Assembly (NCBI RefSeq): GCF_963921235.1
Contig: NC_086108.1
Span: 33,544,001 to 33,608,000, forward strand
From: Mobula hypostoma
Lineage: Eukaryota
Length of the DNA: 64,000 nt
Reading direction: 5' to 3'
Below the pieces are notes generated by a model. The model saw only the letters and a program-made list of their open reading frames with translations, did not search any database and was not told the origin of the DNA. How positions within the stretch are numbered: position 1 is the first letter of the stretch; every line of letters begins with the position of its first letter. The position numbers and the translations under genes were made by a program. Of this stretch, positions 60,710-64,000 are shown one piece after another.

Positions 60710-63277
60710 GAACACACATAAAGCGCTGGAGGAACTCAGCAAGCCAGGCAGCATCTATGGAAAAGAGTGCAGTCAATATTTTGGGCTGAGACCCTTCAGC
60801 AAGACTGGAGAAAAAAAGGTGAGGAGTAGAGTTAGAAGGTGGGGGAGGGGAGGGAGAAACACAAGGTGATAGTTAAAACCGGGAGGGTATGTGGTGAAGT
60901 AAAAAGCTAGGAAGTTGATTGATGAAAGTGATACAGGGCTGGAGAATAGAGAATCTGATAGGAGAGGAGAAGAGAGGAGAGAAGGTCACGGAAAAAAGAA
61001 AAGGGGGAGGAGCTTCAGACGGAGGTGATGGGCAGGTAAGGCGGTAAGATGAGAGGGGGAAATGGGAATGGGGAATGTTGAAATGGGGGGACATTACAGG
61101 AAGTTCAAGAAATTGATGTTCATGCCATCAGGTTGGAGGCTACTGTAACCCTCAGGCTTTGTAGGCTGCGCAAGTCTAGGGAAGACAACCTCTGGTCCTG
61201 CCAAACAGGTGAGATTGAGGTGCGAGTCCACCCGTTTGTGTGGATGCTGCGTGATTCATTACCCTGTTGCCAATCAGTACCACAAAATAACAGACAGTAC
61301 ACCACATACAATTAAATGATTAGCTTTATAATTCTTAATTCGACTACAGGGTTAGTGAAGTAAAAGCAAAAAAAAAGGGTCCATTTTAATGAAACAGTCT
61401 AATATGCACAAATTGGAGCTCATGTTTTCCCTTCGCCGATCTGCCTTTGGTCCACCCCAGCCTTCACCGGATTATGGCTCTGCTCGGGCGTCTCCTCTTC
61501 ACCTCCCGCCGAACAAAAGACTCAGATCCCCCTAGTGTCAGGCACCCCCTCATTGGACAGCTCACATTCCAAAGCACCCGTTATCTCTAAGCACAATCCA
61601 AACAGTGCTTCTACAGAAAGACCATTACATTAGCAGTGAAACCTTTCCCAGGGCGCTACCCTACCCAGATGGAATATAAGGTGTTGTTCTTCCAACCTGA
61701 GTGTGGCCTCATCAAGCAGAGGAGGCCATGGACTGACATATTGGAATGGGAATGGGAAGTGGAATTTAAATGGGTGGTCACTGGGAGATCCCACTTTTTC
61801 TGGCAGGCCAAGTTTAGATGCTAGGCGAAGTGGTCGCCCAATCCACGTTGGGTCTTACCAATATGCAGGAGCCACACACCGGGAGCACCAGATACAGTAC
61901 ATGACCCCAACAGATTCACTTACCTAGAAGGACTGTGTGGGGTCCTGAATGGTAGTGAGGGAGGAGGTGTAGGGGCAGGTGTAGCACTTGTTCTGCTTAC
62001 AAGGACATGTGCCAGGAGGGAGATCAGTGGGGGAGGGATGAATGGACAAAGGAGCCCATGTAGGGAACGATCCCTGCAGAAAGTAGAAAGTGGAGGTGAG
62101 GGAAAGATGTGCTTAGTGGTGGGATCCCGTTGAAGATGGTGGAAGTTACGGAGAGTTATGTGCTGGACGTGGAAGCTGGTGCAGTGGTAGGTGAGGACAA
62201 GAGGAACCCGATCCCTGGTGGGATGGCTGGAAGATGGGGTGAAGGCAGATGTGCATGAAATGGAAGAGATGCAGTCGAGGGCAGCATTGATGGTGGAGTA
62301 AGGCAAGCCCTTTTCTTTGAAGGAGGAGAACATCTCCTTCATTCTGGATTGAAAAGCCTCATCCTCAGAGCAGATGTGGCAGAGATGGAAGAATTGAGAG
62401 AAGGGGATGGCACTTTTACAAGTAACAGTTGGGAAGAGGTATAGTCCAGGTAGCTGTGAGAGTCAGTGGGATTATAATAGACATCAGTAGATTAACTGTC
62501 TCTAGAGAAAGAGAGAGAAGGAGAAAGGAGAGGGAGGAGTCGGAAATGGGCCAGGTAAATTTGAGGGCAAGGTGGAAGTTGGAGGCAAAGTTGAAGAAGT
62601 TGACGATCTCTGCATGGGTGCAGGAAGCAACACCAATGCAGTCATCGATGTAGCGTAGAAAAACTTGGGTATTGACACCAATATATGCTTAGAACATAGA
62701 CTGTTCCACGTAGCCGACAAAAAGGCAGACATAGTTAGGACCCATGCGAGTACCCATGGCTACATCTTTTGTCTGAAGTGGGAGGAGCCAAAGGAGAAAT
62801 CATTGAGAGTGAGGACAAGTTCTGCCAGACAGAGGAGAGTGGTGGTGGAGGGGAACTGGTTGGGTTTGGTGTCAAGAAAGAAACATTGAGTCTTTCCTGG
62901 TGGGGGATGGAGGCGTATAGAGACTGGACATCCAGAGTGAAAATAAGATGCATGGGGCCAGGGAACTTGAAATCATTGAAAAGATCAAGAACGTGTGAGG
63001 TGTCATGGATGTAGGTAGGAAGGGACTGAACCATGGGGGATAAAACTGAGACGAGGTATGCAGATATGAGTTCAGTGGGGCAGGAACAAGCAGAAACAGT
63101 GGGTCTACCTGGACAGGCAGGTTTGTGGATCTTGGGTAGGAGGTAGAAATGGAGGTTTGGGGTGAGGGAACTATGAGGTTGGTGGTAGTGGATGGGAGAT
63201 TCCCAGAGTTAATAAGGTTGTTGATGGCGTGGGAGACAATGGCCTGGTGCTCCTTAATGGGATCATGTTCAAGGGGC
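60710..63277 (-). mobile_element. Older Penelope-like element with most of RT and GIY-YIG, disrupted
   Basis: LIFTLDVQSLYASIP and FLRYIDDCIG (about 62630-62662). Collinear with 8800-10480. Confidence 0.88.
61144..61660. mobile_element. Solo LTR (517 bp) inserted in the Penelope element
   Basis: TSD CTAC (61140-61143 and 61661-61664) splits the host motif GGAGG-CTAC-CCAGA. Starts TGTAAC and ends GCTACC (terminal CA apparently mutated). Confidence 0.72.
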
Positions 63278-63289
63278 AAGAAAGCAAGC

Positions 63290-63915
63290 AAACCTGGTTC
63301 TGAATTGTACAGGTTACAGTGGGACTGTGTGTACTGTGTGCAGAGTTGGAGACAGTATACTGATATTGGAGTCACTGTAAAAGAGACTCACTAGAATAAT
63401 TCCTGGGGTGAGAAAATTGTCCTATCACAAGCAATTAAAGAAATAAGATCCATGTTCTTTGGAGTTTGGTAGTACAAGTGGTAATCTTTCTGAAACATAA
63501 CATACTGAAAAAGAATTTCAGGATGTGTATTGTATACATTTCTCTGACCTTAAATGTACCTTTTGAAGGAGCATTATAGGATAAACGTCAAGATGCTTCC
63601 TCCAGTGGGAGAACCTTGAACAAGGGGACAGTTCTACGATTGAGGGATGATTATTTAAAACTGAGAGGCACGGGAACTTCTTGTAGAGGGTAGTAATCTC
63701 TGGAGGTATGTACCGCAGAGGACAGTGGAAGATAAATCACTCAGGGAAAAGGAAATTGATAATTTTTTAAAACATCAGAGAAGTGGGACTCTAGGGAACT
63801 GGCTGAAAGGAGGAAATGAGAACTGGGATAGAGTAACCATGATCACATTGAATGGAGGGGCAGGCTTGAGGATTCAAATGTCTTACTTCCACTCCGATTT
63901 TCTTACATTCTTATG
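63290..63915 (+). mobile_element. Highly degenerate CR1 3' end
   Basis: Remnants such as AACTTCTT..AGAGGGTAGT.AATCTCTGGA and CCATGATCACATTGAATGG..GCAGGCTTGAGG. Confidence 0.6.
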
Positions 63916-64000
63916 AGATGATAAAGGTACCAATTCCTCTTCATTACTGTTCTGTTGATGACAGACTTTGGATTTCACAGTCCACAATATTTACAATAAA

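Overview
Repeat-dense vertebrate genomic DNA, not prokaryotic. The CR1, Penelope, Rex/Babar and V-SINE content suggests a cartilaginous fish, probably a ray (inference). It contains one complete spliced gene: hsd17b7 (3-ketosteroid reductase / 17-beta-HSD7) on the minus strand, 54045->36772, with 9 coding exons, all GT-AG, 1038 nt / 345 aa, and a CpG-rich promoter. Most of the rest is transposon-derived: CR1 LINEs, Rex1/Babar LINEs, an RTE LINE, an I/Nimb-type RNase H LINE with a 5' inversion, Penelope-like elements, two solo LTRs, hAT, Tc1 and Tigger-like DNA elements, and SINEs, often nested. The most notable signals are (1) palindromic Penelope insertions carrying minimal hammerhead ribozymes, one starting 20 nt into hsd17b7 intron 5, (2) a duplicated splice acceptor at exon 4, and (3) a twin-primed LINE just upstream of the promoter. 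I found no evidence of a wholly new multi-gene system. TE boundaries without a TSD are approximate.
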